From the IMG/VR virus record IMGVR_UViG_3300023174_002543, positions 303,105-367,104 of that record: 64,000 nt of DNA; one strand, written 5' to 3'. The notes beneath the pieces are model-generated. The model made no database searches and was not told the origin of the DNA. It saw only the letters and a list, made by a program, of their open reading frames with translations. Positions 48,278 through 57,760 of this stretch are shown one piece after another. Made by a program: the position numbers and the translations under genes. How positions within the stretch are numbered: position 1 is the stretch's first letter; each line of letters begins with the position of its first letter.

Positions 48278-49237
48278 CTATTTAGTATAGAATGTGGAAC
48301 TCCTTATCCAATCGTAGTATAATTTAAATCCGGTTTCTATATCAATTTTGGGAGCAAAATCAAAATCTCTTTGGGCTTTATTAATAGATAATTGGTTTCG
48401 ACTAGGATAAGCAACATCCTTGTCATTTACCTGTAACATTCCACCATTGGCAGTCCCTAGTACTATTTGGGCGGCTTCTAATAATGTACGGCCGTTGCCC
48501 CTAGAAATGTTATATGTCTGATTATCTGTATTTTTACTTAGTGTAGCACTAACGATACCCTCTATAGTATCATCAATGTATGTAAAATCAAGTAATTCAT
48601 TTTGACCATTAACCTGTAATGTTTCCCCTCGTATCGCTGACAAAATAAACTTGCTGACAACTCTGTCTTCCACGTCACATGGGCCATATACAGCAGAAGG
48701 ACGTATAATGGTGTAATCAAAACAGCCACGGCGATGATAGTCTTTAACCAGTTGTTCTCCTGCAAGTTTAAGAATCCCATATTGGCCTTCTGGACGACAG
48801 TTCCAACTTTCATCAGCAGTAGTATTAAATGTGCCATATACCATTGAACTACTTAGATATACAAACTTCTTAACAGTATGCTTTTTTGATAGTTCCAGCA
48901 AGTTGAGTAACCCTTCACTCATTACACGACTTCCCTGCATTGGATTCGTGTTTACTATTTTCTGTCTTGGGAAACTAGCAGTATGCACTACTATGTCAAA
49001 TTTATATGTCTCAAATAGTGCATCAATATTTGGCATACAAATATCCATTGAATGCAAGAATACATTTTCACTTAATTTATTCTTACGTTCATTCATAACG
49101 TAATCTAGTTCTTGTTTAGGAATGACTCCGTAATTAGTTCTGTTATCTGTTATCACCACTGTACACCCTAGCTTGTCAAAACTATTTGCTAAGTTGTGTC
49201 CTATAAAACCCAAACCACCGGTAATTAAAATATTCAT
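48278..49237 (-). CDS. NAD-dependent nucleotide-sugar epimerase/dehydratase
   Basis: ILITGGLGFIG, YLSSSMVYG, YGILK (YxxxK), RPSAVYGP. Confidence 0.88.
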   Translation of the reverse strand: MNILITGGLGFIGHNLANSFDKLGCTVVITDNRTNYGVIPKQELDYVMNERKNKLSENVFLHSMDICMPNIDALFETYKFDIVVHTASFPRQKIVNTNPMQGSRVMSEGLLNLLELSKKHTVKKFVYLSSSMVYGTFNTTADESWNCRPEGQYGILKLAGEQLVKDYHRRGCFDYTIIRPSAVYGPCDVEDRVVSKFILSAIRGETLQVNGQNELLDFTYIDDTIEGIVSATLSKNTDNQTYNISRGNGRTLLEAAQIVLGTANGGMLQVNDKDVAYPSRNQLSINKAQRDFDFAPKIDIETGFKLYYDWIRSSTFYTK

Positions 49238-49476
49238 TCAAACCTCAGTTTATAATAAGTTAATTGATGAGGAGTGAAGTATGCTGTTATGGTATAAAGA
49301 TGCCCATAACCATGAATCAGTCTATGCCACATTGGAGTGGGTGAACTATTTTCCATTACGTATTTACCTGCGGGAGTTTGTTGCCAATCATATATAGGAC
49401 TAGCGACCATTAAGTCCGGATCTTCTACATCACCCATTGGAATTTTATGAACAACATATTCTATTGATTCACTCAT
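49234..49476 (-). CDS. Hypothetical protein
   Basis: MGDVEDPDL...LTYYKLRF. Confidence 0.65.
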   Translation of the reverse strand: MSESIEYVVHKIPMGDVEDPDLMVASPIYDWQQTPAGKYVMENSSPTPMWHRLIHGYGHLYTITAYFTPHQLTYYKLRFE

Positions 49477-50387
49477 ACCGCCATTTGGGCCTTAATTGAA
49501 TCATAAGACTTATAGTCTTCCAACTGAATATCGTTCATGGTAAACTTGTCTATATCTTTAACATTACTATTAAGAAATAATGTAGGCAACGGTAATGGTG
49601 CACGTGTTAATTGTTCACGTACTTGTTCAACATGATTTTGATAGATATGTGTATCACCGGTACTAATGATAAGTTCACCTACTTTTAAATCACATACCTG
49701 TGCAATTAAGTGTGTAAGTAATGCATAACTAGCAATATTGAACGGTAGACCCAAGAATACATCTACACTACGTTGATACATATGACAAGATAATTCTTTA
49801 TTCTTGTTAACATAGAATTGGCTCATAACGTGACAAGGTGGTAATGCCATCTGTTCTAACTCGCCCACGTTCCAAGCACTAAGAATATGCCTGCGCCCAT
49901 TAGGATCTCGTTTAAGTCCTTCTATGAGATTTGCCAATTGGTCAACTGGTTCTGTTGTTAATTTAGCATCAAAATGAGTAACAGCATTATTCTCATGTTC
50001 CACGGTATCAACAGACCGTTTAAGTGTATACTTGTTCCAACTACGCCATTGTACTCCGTATACTCTTCCCAGATCACCTTCAAAGTTTGATTTACCTTGC
50101 CAATATGGTGCAAGTGCATTTGGTGTCCATATAGTCACAGTACCATCTTTAGTGCCATGTGTTATTTCTGCCAGTCTACGCTCATCCCCTGAACCTTCAA
50201 TAAACCAAAGTAGTTCACCTTTACAGGCTCGCCATGCTAATTTTTTGGTAGTGACGGCTGGAAAGCCCCTACGCAAATCAAAGCGAATATTACGTCCAAA
50301 CACACTAATAGTGCCAATGCCAGTTCTGTCATCTTTTGTTTCTCCGTTATCTAAAATGTCTTGTAATAAATCTAAATACTGTTTCAT
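49473..50387 (-). CDS. thyA: Thymidylate synthase
   Basis: DDRTGIGT, GRVYGVQWR, MALPPCH, YQRSVDVFLGLPFN, DTHIY. Confidence 0.96.
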   Translation of the reverse strand: MKQYLDLLQDILDNGETKDDRTGIGTISVFGRNIRFDLRRGFPAVTTKKLAWRACKGELLWFIEGSGDERRLAEITHGTKDGTVTIWTPNALAPYWQGKSNFEGDLGRVYGVQWRSWNKYTLKRSVDTVEHENNAVTHFDAKLTTEPVDQLANLIEGLKRDPNGRRHILSAWNVGELEQMALPPCHVMSQFYVNKNKELSCHMYQRSVDVFLGLPFNIASYALLTHLIAQVCDLKVGELIISTGDTHIYQNHVEQVREQLTRAPLPLPTLFLNSNVKDIDKFTMNDIQLEDYKSYDSIKAQMAV

Positions 50388-50680
50388 AATTTGCCAAGTA
50401 ATCTATCTGTTTCTGGCTGTACTGTTTCAGCAATACTTTCTAAATTCAATACGAATTCAAAGCTGTTGATAAGAGGATCTAACTCATTTAGTTTACGTGA
50501 GATGACCTCTTCAACTTCGTCAGGACTTAATCCTTGTTTAAAAAGTGCTTGTATATTAATAGTATGTTGTTTCTTACCTACCATTCGTACTACAATCTTT
50601 TTAACAAATTGTACAGGAACTCTACTCTTTTCAACATCCTCAAGAATATGTTCCCATTTACTCAAAAAATCGGGTGACAT
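50384..50680 (-). CDS. Hypothetical protein
   Basis: 98-aa coupled ORF. Confidence 0.65.
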   Translation of the reverse strand: MSPDFLSKWEHILEDVEKSRVPVQFVKKIVVRMVGKKQHTINIQALFKQGLSPDEVEEVISRKLNELDPLINSFEFVLNLESIAETVQPETDRLLGKL

Positions 50681-50687
50681 TATTACC

Positions 50688-51377
50688 TTAAGCAGTTACA
50701 GCTGCCTTTGCAGGACGACCACGCTTTTTAGCAACTGGTGCAGTAGTTTGTGTTGCAGTAGTGATACCTAACATATCGTTGGCTTCTTGCTGAAGTCTTG
50801 CACTTTCTGCTAGTAGTCCTTTCGCTTCAGCTTCCATACGTGCCGCTTGTGAACGTAGATTATTTGCTAATGCACTATCACCTAATACACCGTCTGCATT
50901 AGGAATATTAACTGGAGGTGTAGTTTTTGCCGCCTCTTTGTTTCTCATTCTTTGTGCAACTTGTTTAGAACTTTGCAATCCTAAACTTTGATCCATTTCA
51001 GCTAAACGTTGAACTGCTTCTTCACCTTGTTTCATCTCATCTAAGATTTTATTCAACTCATCTAACTTGATGTTAGTAGTTGGACTTGGTGTCATTACAA
51101 CTTGATTGGTTTGTACTTTCTTCAACAATCCTTCTTTATGAAGAACTTGTAAAATAATTTTACCATCATTAGTATGAGTGCGGTTCAATGCATCTGCTAG
51201 GTTTTCACTGTTTTGACCAATATCACTTTCGATACACTTCATTAATGGGTCATGTATATGTCTGTTTAATGATTCAGTATACACTACTAATGCCATGTGG
51301 TCTTCACCTGGTACTTCTCTGAATACGATTGCAACCTTACGGTCACTGATTTTTCCTACGTGTCTTAAAAAACTCAT
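50688..51377 (-). CDS. Hypothetical protein with C-terminal AT-hook-like KKRGRP
   Basis: AAGGAG RBS; coiled coil. Confidence 0.7.
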   Translation of the reverse strand: MSFLRHVGKISDRKVAIVFREVPGEDHMALVVYTESLNRHIHDPLMKCIESDIGQNSENLADALNRTHTNDGKIILQVLHKEGLLKKVQTNQVVMTPSPTTNIKLDELNKILDEMKQGEEAVQRLAEMDQSLGLQSSKQVAQRMRNKEAAKTTPPVNIPNADGVLGDSALANNLRSQAARMEAEAKGLLAESARLQQEANDMLGITTATQTTAPVAKKRGRPAKAAVTA

Positions 51378-51439
51378 AACGTTCTCCTTATGCTTATAAG
51401 CTATGTTGATATTTAATATGATTTTTACTAGTTGTAAAA

Positions 51440-51694
51440 TTAATTACCACCAGACCAACGCAATTCATATATCATTGCTTCTTTTGGGTCTTCAAAATAT
51501 ACGTATGTGTCTTCTATTATAGATAATAGATTAGATGCATCCATAGATGTTCCAAAACGCCCAGCCAATTTCTTTACTACCCAAATATAGGATTCTTCAC
51601 TCATAGGAGTATTAGATTTGATAAAATGTTTTGGTATATTACTTTTTATCTCTCTAATACCAAACCAACTTTGTGGGTCAATTTCTCTTTTCAT
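51440..51694 (-). CDS. Small protein related to the 23.8-25.0 kb array
   Basis: IWVVKKLAGRF...YFEDPKEAMIYELRW. Confidence 0.65.
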   Translation of the reverse strand: MKREIDPQSWFGIREIKSNIPKHFIKSNTPMSEESYIWVVKKLAGRFGTSMDASNLLSIIEDTYVYFEDPKEAMIYELRWSGGN

Positions 51695-51914
51695 CTTTAA
51701 TTAAATTATAAACCATGATTGCTTGATTGAGTATATCACGTAATGCTACGTTTGTCTTAGCCTTTCGGCGAATATTACCCCACAGTTTATCTTCCATTAG
51801 TTGTTCATGTATTGATTTTTTCTTTTCAGAAATGGAAACAAGTTCACGGTCAAGTGAACCTGATTCTCTTTTATAAATAGTTTCTCCTTTATCGGGAGAT
51901 TCAAATATACTCAT
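51678..51914 (-). CDS. Hypothetical protein
   Basis: IFESPDKGETIYKR. Confidence 0.65.
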   Translation of the reverse strand: MSIFESPDKGETIYKRESGSLDRELVSISEKKKSIHEQLMEDKLWGNIRRKAKTNVALRDILNQAIMVYNLIKDEKRN

Positions 51915-52321
51915 CTAGTCAATATGTCTAACATCTTGTATTTTTCGTAGGCGTCTACTGCAGCAGGATTACTATTAGTATTAGTAGGTACTACTTGCCA
52001 CCATAATTGGTCACCACCGTTAAACGGATGTTGGTAACCCATTGCACCAACAAAGGATCTAGGTTGATGAATCTTACCCTTGTACCAAAGTGTTTCTGCT
52101 AACTTTAACACATCTTCTAATTCATAATCACCTAGTTCATAGTTACCGGGCCGTGATGCAAATGGATTACCCTGAGCATGATATGCCTTTACAACATTAA
52201 TAAATTTTTCATAGTCAGGTGCGTCGGTACGTGTTACGATAAACATAACTTCCTTTTCGGACACTTCGTTTGCCATCATACTTTGCAAACAGCCACCCAA
52301 ACTTGTTCCAATGTACATCAT
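51911..52321 (-). CDS. Hypothetical protein
   Basis: Coupled ORF, GKIHQPR motif. Confidence 0.65.
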   Translation of the reverse strand: MMYIGTSLGGCLQSMMANEVSEKEVMFIVTRTDAPDYEKFINVVKAYHAQGNPFASRPGNYELGDYELEDVLKLAETLWYKGKIHQPRSFVGAMGYQHPFNGGDQLWWQVVPTNTNSNPAAVDAYEKYKMLDILTR

Positions 52322-52641
52322 GTTATTACTGCTTTCTTTTCTGCACGGTCGCTATAAATTTTTTTACCATTAACCCGAATAAAATCTACTATACCTTGAG
52401 GTGCAGTTTCAAATGCTAACTTGATTGATTCCTCAGTCAAGTCATCATCTGCATTGAATGAATAAATTTCATAACAACGCTGACTATTAGCCTTAGCCCG
52501 TAGTATCATCATTTGAATGCTAGGAGTGTCAGGTTTTTTCTTTTCGGAAAGAATACTCCACATGTATTCTTTCTCCCACTTATCCGTGTCAAACAAAAAC
52601 TCAAGACCGTACATATCCCACATTGCAAGGTATCGTTTCAT
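52318..52641 (-). CDS. Hypothetical protein
   Basis: MWDMYGLE...LRAKANSQRCYEIY. Confidence 0.65.
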   Translation of the reverse strand: MKRYLAMWDMYGLEFLFDTDKWEKEYMWSILSEKKKPDTPSIQMMILRAKANSQRCYEIYSFNADDDLTEESIKLAFETAPQGIVDFIRVNGKKIYSDRAEKKAVIT

Positions 52642-53801
52642 TTACTTTTCTCTTTTAGTTTTTCTAGTTTATCATATAAATTCAAACCAGTCAAGTTTAT
52701 TTTGTAACTTAGTGCAAGTAATACACCAAAATTTGGTTGTACTTGCATAGCCTCACCCGGATGTTCATTCTTTGACATATCATATATAAAATTAAATTTT
52801 TTATTCTTCATTAATTGCTTTGAACATTTCTCTCCACGGTCTTTTGCAAAATCCCAAAAAGGTGTGTTGAACTTAGAACCAGCATAGTAATGTAACATTA
52901 TCATACTTTCAATTTCACGTAGTATTTCTAAATAAGAAGCATTATAATCTCTGTATGAGGTCTTACCTGACCATATGTCAATAGCTCCTCGATTAATAAA
53001 ATCCATTACTACAATAGATGTTGCTTCCATTGGTTCTAGAAAAAATGACGCATTACCGTTATATATTACCCTCTTAGAAAAATTCTCTTTTCTAATATAG
53101 TTTTTGAAAGTAAATGCATTAGTAACTTCACTCGGAATTAGGTCTAACTCTGCAAATACATTTTTAACATCTTCTTTGACTTCTTCTAATGTATTGATAG
53201 TATGGTTATACATGTAACCAATCGAACATCTGTTTCTTAGAGGAATAGCAAATATCCAACCATATGGTCTGGCTATTGCAAGTGTGTTATTAAACTTTAC
53301 ATTGTCCCAATAGCATTGTGTAACGTAAACTGCATTTACTGAAATGTAGTCTGACATATAAAAGTCATCATAGTTGTCAGGTTTACCGGAACAATCCATA
53401 ATAAAATCGGCATCAATGTCACTATGTGTTACATTTTTATCAATGATTTTAATATCATCTTTCAGGGCATCTATAACATAAGTTTGAAACTTACCAGCAT
53501 TAAAATGATATCCTACATTAGGCGGGTAAAAGGGGTGAATGAAATCTTTACCGCCCCAATTACGTTTATCTATTCCATATTTTATAGTACCATCTAGTTT
53601 TTCTAAATGGTCAAATGTGAAATTTAAATTATGCCATAATGCATTAGGAAAAGTATTAGTTGATCCTTCACCTACCGGTTGTGGTTTTATGGCGGAATCA
53701 AAATATAGTTCTACCTCGCAGTCTTTCATCCATCTATTAAAATGAGAGACTGCGAGAACCCCTGCAGTACCTGCACCTATTACTGCAATCTTTTTAGCCA
53801 T
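52638..53801 (-). CDS. Tryptophan-halogenase-like flavin-dependent enzyme
   Basis: IGAGTAG, VGEGS, TIKYG, DCSG, GWIFAIPL, FLEPMEATS. Confidence 0.75.
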   Translation of the reverse strand: MAKKIAVIGAGTAGVLAVSHFNRWMKDCEVELYFDSAIKPQPVGEGSTNTFPNALWHNLNFTFDHLEKLDGTIKYGIDKRNWGGKDFIHPFYPPNVGYHFNAGKFQTYVIDALKDDIKIIDKNVTHSDIDADFIMDCSGKPDNYDDFYMSDYISVNAVYVTQCYWDNVKFNNTLAIARPYGWIFAIPLRNRCSIGYMYNHTINTLEEVKEDVKNVFAELDLIPSEVTNAFTFKNYIRKENFSKRVIYNGNASFFLEPMEATSIVVMDFINRGAIDIWSGKTSYRDYNASYLEILREIESMIMLHYYAGSKFNTPFWDFAKDRGEKCSKQLMKNKKFNFIYDMSKNEHPGEAMQVQPNFGVLLALSYKINLTGLNLYDKLEKLKEKSK

Positions 53802-55087
53802 TAATTTTCATCATACAATGCGAATGTACCGAATGGGGGATTCGGATTCTTGTCACCATGAATGATCCAAGTAGTATCGCAATAGTCAGGGTCACCCCAA
53901 GAGCCACAGGGATATCCATCAGTAAACACAATCAAACGTTTTGGTTCAATAGCATTTTTCTTCAAGTAATCAAAGATACAATCAAAGTCAGTGCCACCGC
54001 CACCTTGTGGTTCGTAGTTTTCAATACTTTCCATGTTCTCGCTAGAGAAGTCTTGTGGGTTATATGTATCAGTATCAAAACAGAATACGTGAACCTTGTA
54101 GCCATCAAATGCATCCATCATGCCTGCAATTTCACCCAAGAATGCTTGTGCTTGTTTATTACTAATACTACCTGACATATCAAGTGATACAACAACATCA
54201 ATCTCTTCACCCGGTGTCATACCGGGCATGATAGCATCACTATGCCAACCTCTACGTGAGGGGCGCATCCAACTAAAGTCTGTGCGAATAGCACTAGTCA
54301 AATTAGTTTGAATCAGTTCACGCCAGGGCATGACTGGATTAGTATGTTGTTGAATCAATCGTTCAACACCTTTGGGCATTGTACCTGCCTCTGCACTTTG
54401 TGCGGCACTGATAATTGCTTGTTTGATTTCTTGACGGGTACGTTCACGTTCTTCAGGTGTCATTGGTTTCGGGCGTTTACCTTTACCTTTTTTGTCACCA
54501 TCACCTTCGCTATCGCCCTCACCCTCACCATCTTCACCATCCATGTGGTCATCAAGCAATTGGTCAATCAATGAATCAATGTTGATTTTTTGAACATTCT
54601 TCATCAAGTCATCATAGATTTCTTCAGCAGGTTTACCATCATACTTAGTTTCGTACAAGCAAGGGACTGTGGTAATGAATTGACCAACATTGTGTCGTTT
54701 CAAATCTGCATTAACTGCATAGTCATCAGCAATATTCCAGATTTGAGGATCACGTTCATTTCTACGACCCATGTGGTCATATACAACGTGCAATACTTCG
54801 TGACCAAACAAGAATTCAATTTCTTTTGGTTTCAACATTTTGATAAAACGACTATTGTAATAGAATGTAATGCCATCAGTTGCAGCAGTAGCGCACCATT
54901 CATCAGCATTAACCAATTTCATTCGTGTAGCAAGATTACCAAAGAATGAATGACGCAACAATAGACCAATACGTGCGCCTACTAATAGTTCACGTGCTTG
55001 TGCATCAATCTTAGGATCCATTGGACCGATTAGATTATCAAATTTACTACTACGTTTCTTTTTAGTTGGGGCAATTACATCACTCAT
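53801..55087 (-). CDS. vWA-domain protein with N-terminal HExxH metallopeptidase-like domain (DUF2201-type)
   Basis: TAATDG, HEVLH, DMSGSIS MIDAS, GGGGTDF, FTDG. Confidence 0.85.
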   Translation of the reverse strand: MSDVIAPTKKKRSSKFDNLIGPMDPKIDAQARELLVGARIGLLLRHSFFGNLATRMKLVNADEWCATAATDGITFYYNSRFIKMLKPKEIEFLFGHEVLHVVYDHMGRRNERDPQIWNIADDYAVNADLKRHNVGQFITTVPCLYETKYDGKPAEEIYDDLMKNVQKINIDSLIDQLLDDHMDGEDGEGEGDSEGDGDKKGKGKRPKPMTPEERERTRQEIKQAIISAAQSAEAGTMPKGVERLIQQHTNPVMPWRELIQTNLTSAIRTDFSWMRPSRRGWHSDAIMPGMTPGEEIDVVVSLDMSGSISNKQAQAFLGEIAGMMDAFDGYKVHVFCFDTDTYNPQDFSSENMESIENYEPQGGGGTDFDCIFDYLKKNAIEPKRLIVFTDGYPCGSWGDPDYCDTTWIIHGDKNPNPPFGTFALYDEN

Positions 55088-55113
55088 ATAGACTCCTTTA
55101 TTACAATAACTAT

Positions 55114-55142
55114 ATTATACACTATTATTTAATTATTGTCAA
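55114..55142 (-). promoter_or_regulatory. sigma70-type early promoter
   Basis: TTGACAATAATT...TATAAT, 17-bp spacer. Confidence 0.75.
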
Positions 55143-55309
55143 TTCAATCGCAAGCCACGAAATCCAGCATCATATGCAATTCTAGCATAATCGGGTGCGG
55201 AATCAATCTTATAAAATTCCATACCTTGGTCCTTTGTAAGTCCTTTTGCACGGACACGTTGGCCAATTGCGTAAAAATATTTCTTACCTGATAAAGCGGG
55301 GTTTCTCAT
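55139..55309 (-). CDS. Small hypothetical protein (56 aa, not in ORF track)
   Basis: MRNPALSGKKYFYAIGQRVRAKG...DAGFRGLRLN*; AAAGGA RBS. Confidence 0.6.
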   Translation of the reverse strand: MRNPALSGKKYFYAIGQRVRAKGLTKDQGMEFYKIDSAPDYARIAYDAGFRGLRLN

Positions 55310-55321
55310 TTTAAATCCTTT

Positions 55322-55357
55322 AAAAAAAGGGCGGGAACATTCACACTATCCCCGCCC
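55322..55357 (-). terminator. Intrinsic terminator
   Basis: GGGCGGG...CCCGCCC followed by U7. Confidence 0.7.
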
Positions 55358-55391
55358 GTTAAACGGTGTTTGCACACCGGGAGTCTGTGGA

Positions 55392-56492
55392 TCAGTTACC
55401 TGCTTCCACAATATATTTTCCATACTTCTTATGGAATTCGTCAAAGTTTTTCAATTGAGTTGGTTCAATTGGCAACTCATAAGTCTTCAATGCAATCTTA
55501 GCACCCATAACAGTCAACTCTGTTTCAAAGTTGTTCATCATGTAAGTGAAAAAGTTTTCAGCCATAGAGTGGAACTCTTTACTGTTTACTTTCTTATTGT
55601 CTACTGAATCTTTCAATTCATAGCACATTGCAATGGTCAATGCATACATAGCACTAATCTCTTTGATTGCCAAGTCTTTTACTTTACCTGACAAAATATC
55701 GCTAGGCTCGGGCATACGACCTGCAACTTTGCGGTGTGCTGCAAACTTAACTGCAAGACCTTCACCAACTGCACCTGCAATCAAATTGAATTGAGTATCA
55801 ACATCCATGTTAGCCTCGTCATTCAACAAGTCACTAACGAAACACCAACTACGGGGTGTCGCAAATGCACGGCTTGATGATTTAGCATCAAAGTCATACA
55901 TATCATTTTTTGCAAATGACAAATAACCAACAACGTCTTTATGAACATTGTTATTAACAGCCCAAGTCTGCCATGACGTAAAGTCAGGGCGCATTTCTAA
56001 GTGAATAAAACGATTAGCAAGGGGCATCGGCATACGATAAGTAACACCTTTGTCACTATCACGATTACCTGCCGCAACGATAACGACATTATCGGGCAGT
56101 TTGTATTTACCTACTCGACGGTTAAGAACCAATTGATAACCTGCCGCTTGTACAGCAGGGGGTGCTGAGTTCATTTCATCTAAGAATAGGACAATAACAG
56201 GATATTGCTTTGCAAATTCCTCATCAGGCAAGTCTACTGGGGGTGCCCAATCCATCTTACCATTCTCACGATTAAAGAATGGAATACCTCGAATGTCAGT
56301 AGGTTCCATTTGCGCCATACGCAAATCAATGACATGACCTTTTAGTTCTGCAGCAATCTCTGCAACAACATCACTCTTGCCGATTCCGGGAGGGCCCCAA
56401 AGAAAAACGGGACGTTTAGTTTTGAAGGCACTAAGAATTGCTTTTCGGGTTTGCACACTAGTGATTGTGTGATTGTCGCTAACTGATGCCAT
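55392..56492 (-). CDS. MoxR-like AAA+ ATPase
   Basis: WGPPGIGKS, LFLDEMN, AAGN, PLANRF, ATPRSW. Confidence 0.88.
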   Translation of the reverse strand: MASVSDNHTITSVQTRKAILSAFKTKRPVFLWGPPGIGKSDVVAEIAAELKGHVIDLRMAQMEPTDIRGIPFFNRENGKMDWAPPVDLPDEEFAKQYPVIVLFLDEMNSAPPAVQAAGYQLVLNRRVGKYKLPDNVVIVAAGNRDSDKGVTYRMPMPLANRFIHLEMRPDFTSWQTWAVNNNVHKDVVGYLSFAKNDMYDFDAKSSSRAFATPRSWCFVSDLLNDEANMDVDTQFNLIAGAVGEGLAVKFAAHRKVAGRMPEPSDILSGKVKDLAIKEISAMYALTIAMCYELKDSVDNKKVNSKEFHSMAENFFTYMMNNFETELTVMGAKIALKTYELPIEPTQLKNFDEFHKKYGKYIVEAGN

Positions 56493-56534
56493 TTATGACT
56501 CCTTTAAAAATGACTTGTTGACTTAAGAAACTCT

Positions 56535-56563
56535 ATTGTATAGTAAACTTGATTTATTGTCAA
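56535..56563 (-). promoter_or_regulatory. sigma70-type early promoter
   Basis: TTGACAATAAAT...TACAAT, 17-bp spacer. Confidence 0.75.
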
Positions 56564-57015
56564 GCCCTACTCGCTTTTTGGGCAACTGAATTAATCAGTG
56601 CCTCAACCAATTCACCTTCTCTACGAAAGGCTTCACGTTCCCATGGACGTTTCATATATGAAACTGAGTATTGTTTACCTAACCAAAAACGCTTGTGTTT
56701 ACCGTTACGTGAAGGTGTTGCTTTATATTGACCACGCATGTATTGTTTAGCATGAACCATTTCATGTGCCAATGTCATTAGCATTTGTGGCAATTGTAGT
56801 TGACTGTCAACTGCAATAGTAATTTCTTTATCATCCGTTTTGCTTGCAACGCCGTTATTACCGTCACGTTTCCGCAAATTAGGTGCGCTACAAATATAAA
56901 TTGTATATTTAAAATTTGTAAGGTTCAAGTACTTTGCATAAAACTTTGCAGTCTTATAAAGTAATAGAACCTTTTCAGGGTTTGTGTTACCGTGTGCTAA
57001 TACTTCAACTTTCAT
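56560..57015 (-). CDS. Zn metallopeptidase-like protein
   Basis: TLAHEMVHAKQ, PWEREA. Confidence 0.75.
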   Translation of the reverse strand: MKVEVLAHGNTNPEKVLLLYKTAKFYAKYLNLTNFKYTIYICSAPNLRKRDGNNGVASKTDDKEITIAVDSQLQLPQMLMTLAHEMVHAKQYMRGQYKATPSRNGKHKRFWLGKQYSVSYMKRPWEREAFRREGELVEALINSVAQKASRA

Positions 57016-57017
57016 AA

Positions 57018-57293
57018 TTAACCTCGGTTATCACAATATTCAAACAAAATCCATTTAGCACGATTCAGTGCTTGGCGAACATCTTCAATGACCATGAAAT
57101 CATAAGAGCCGCCGTTGTCGTAAGCAATCATTTCCTGACAATCAGACATGAGGCTAGCTGCCATCATAGCAGGACCTGAATGACGAAAAGTAATACTTTG
57201 CTCTACAGCCTCTTTCATCTCGGCTTCAGTAACGCCATACATGCGAATCTCACGTTTTTGTTTGTCTGTCAGTGCATCGTAAACTGCGGTCAT
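57018..57293 (-). CDS. Early hypothetical protein
   Basis: AAGGAG RBS, directly after an early promoter. Confidence 0.7.
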   Translation of the reverse strand: MTAVYDALTDKQKREIRMYGVTEAEMKEAVEQSITFRHSGPAMMAASLMSDCQEMIAYDNGGSYDFMVIEDVRQALNRAKWILFEYCDNRG

Positions 57294-57323
57294 TGCAAGC
57301 TCCTTTAATTAATCAATACATGT

Positions 57324-57352
57324 ATTATAGACTATAATGGATTTATTGTCAA
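57324..57352 (-). promoter_or_regulatory. sigma70-type early promoter
   Basis: TTGACAATAAAT...TATAAT, 17-bp spacer. Confidence 0.8.
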
Positions 57353-57496
57353 ATTATGGGTGGCTACTAGAGCGAAAGTTGTGTTGTATTATTACAACAA
57401 AAAGGTAATACTTCTGTTTGAAAATGGGTATAAATATAATACTAAATGCTAATGCAAATGTATAATTAATCTATATTACAAGGATTGATGTAGGAT

Positions 57497-57751
57497 TTAG
57501 TACATCAACTTAGCCATCAATAACAACTTCTCTAAGTGGTCAATGGCTTTGTTGATTTTATCTTTTTGACTATCACTATATGTAGTCTTGCGGGTGCGTC
57601 TTGCTTCAACTTCCAACTTGCTGAATTCAACGACCATACTGTCAATATTTTTTAACATCTTACGAAGGTCGGGATTATACCCTATACTTTCTAACTGGTT
57701 ACCAAGTGAGTTTTTAACCTCTTCCCAATCTAATGATGTTTCTACTTTCAC
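57497..57751 (-). CDS. Hypothetical protein
   Basis: 84-aa ORF. Confidence 0.6.
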   Translation of the reverse strand: MKVETSLDWEEVKNSLGNQLESIGYNPDLRKMLKNIDSMVVEFSKLEVEARRTRKTTYSDSQKDKINKAIDHLEKLLLMAKLMY

Positions 57752-57760
57752 AAAACATAT

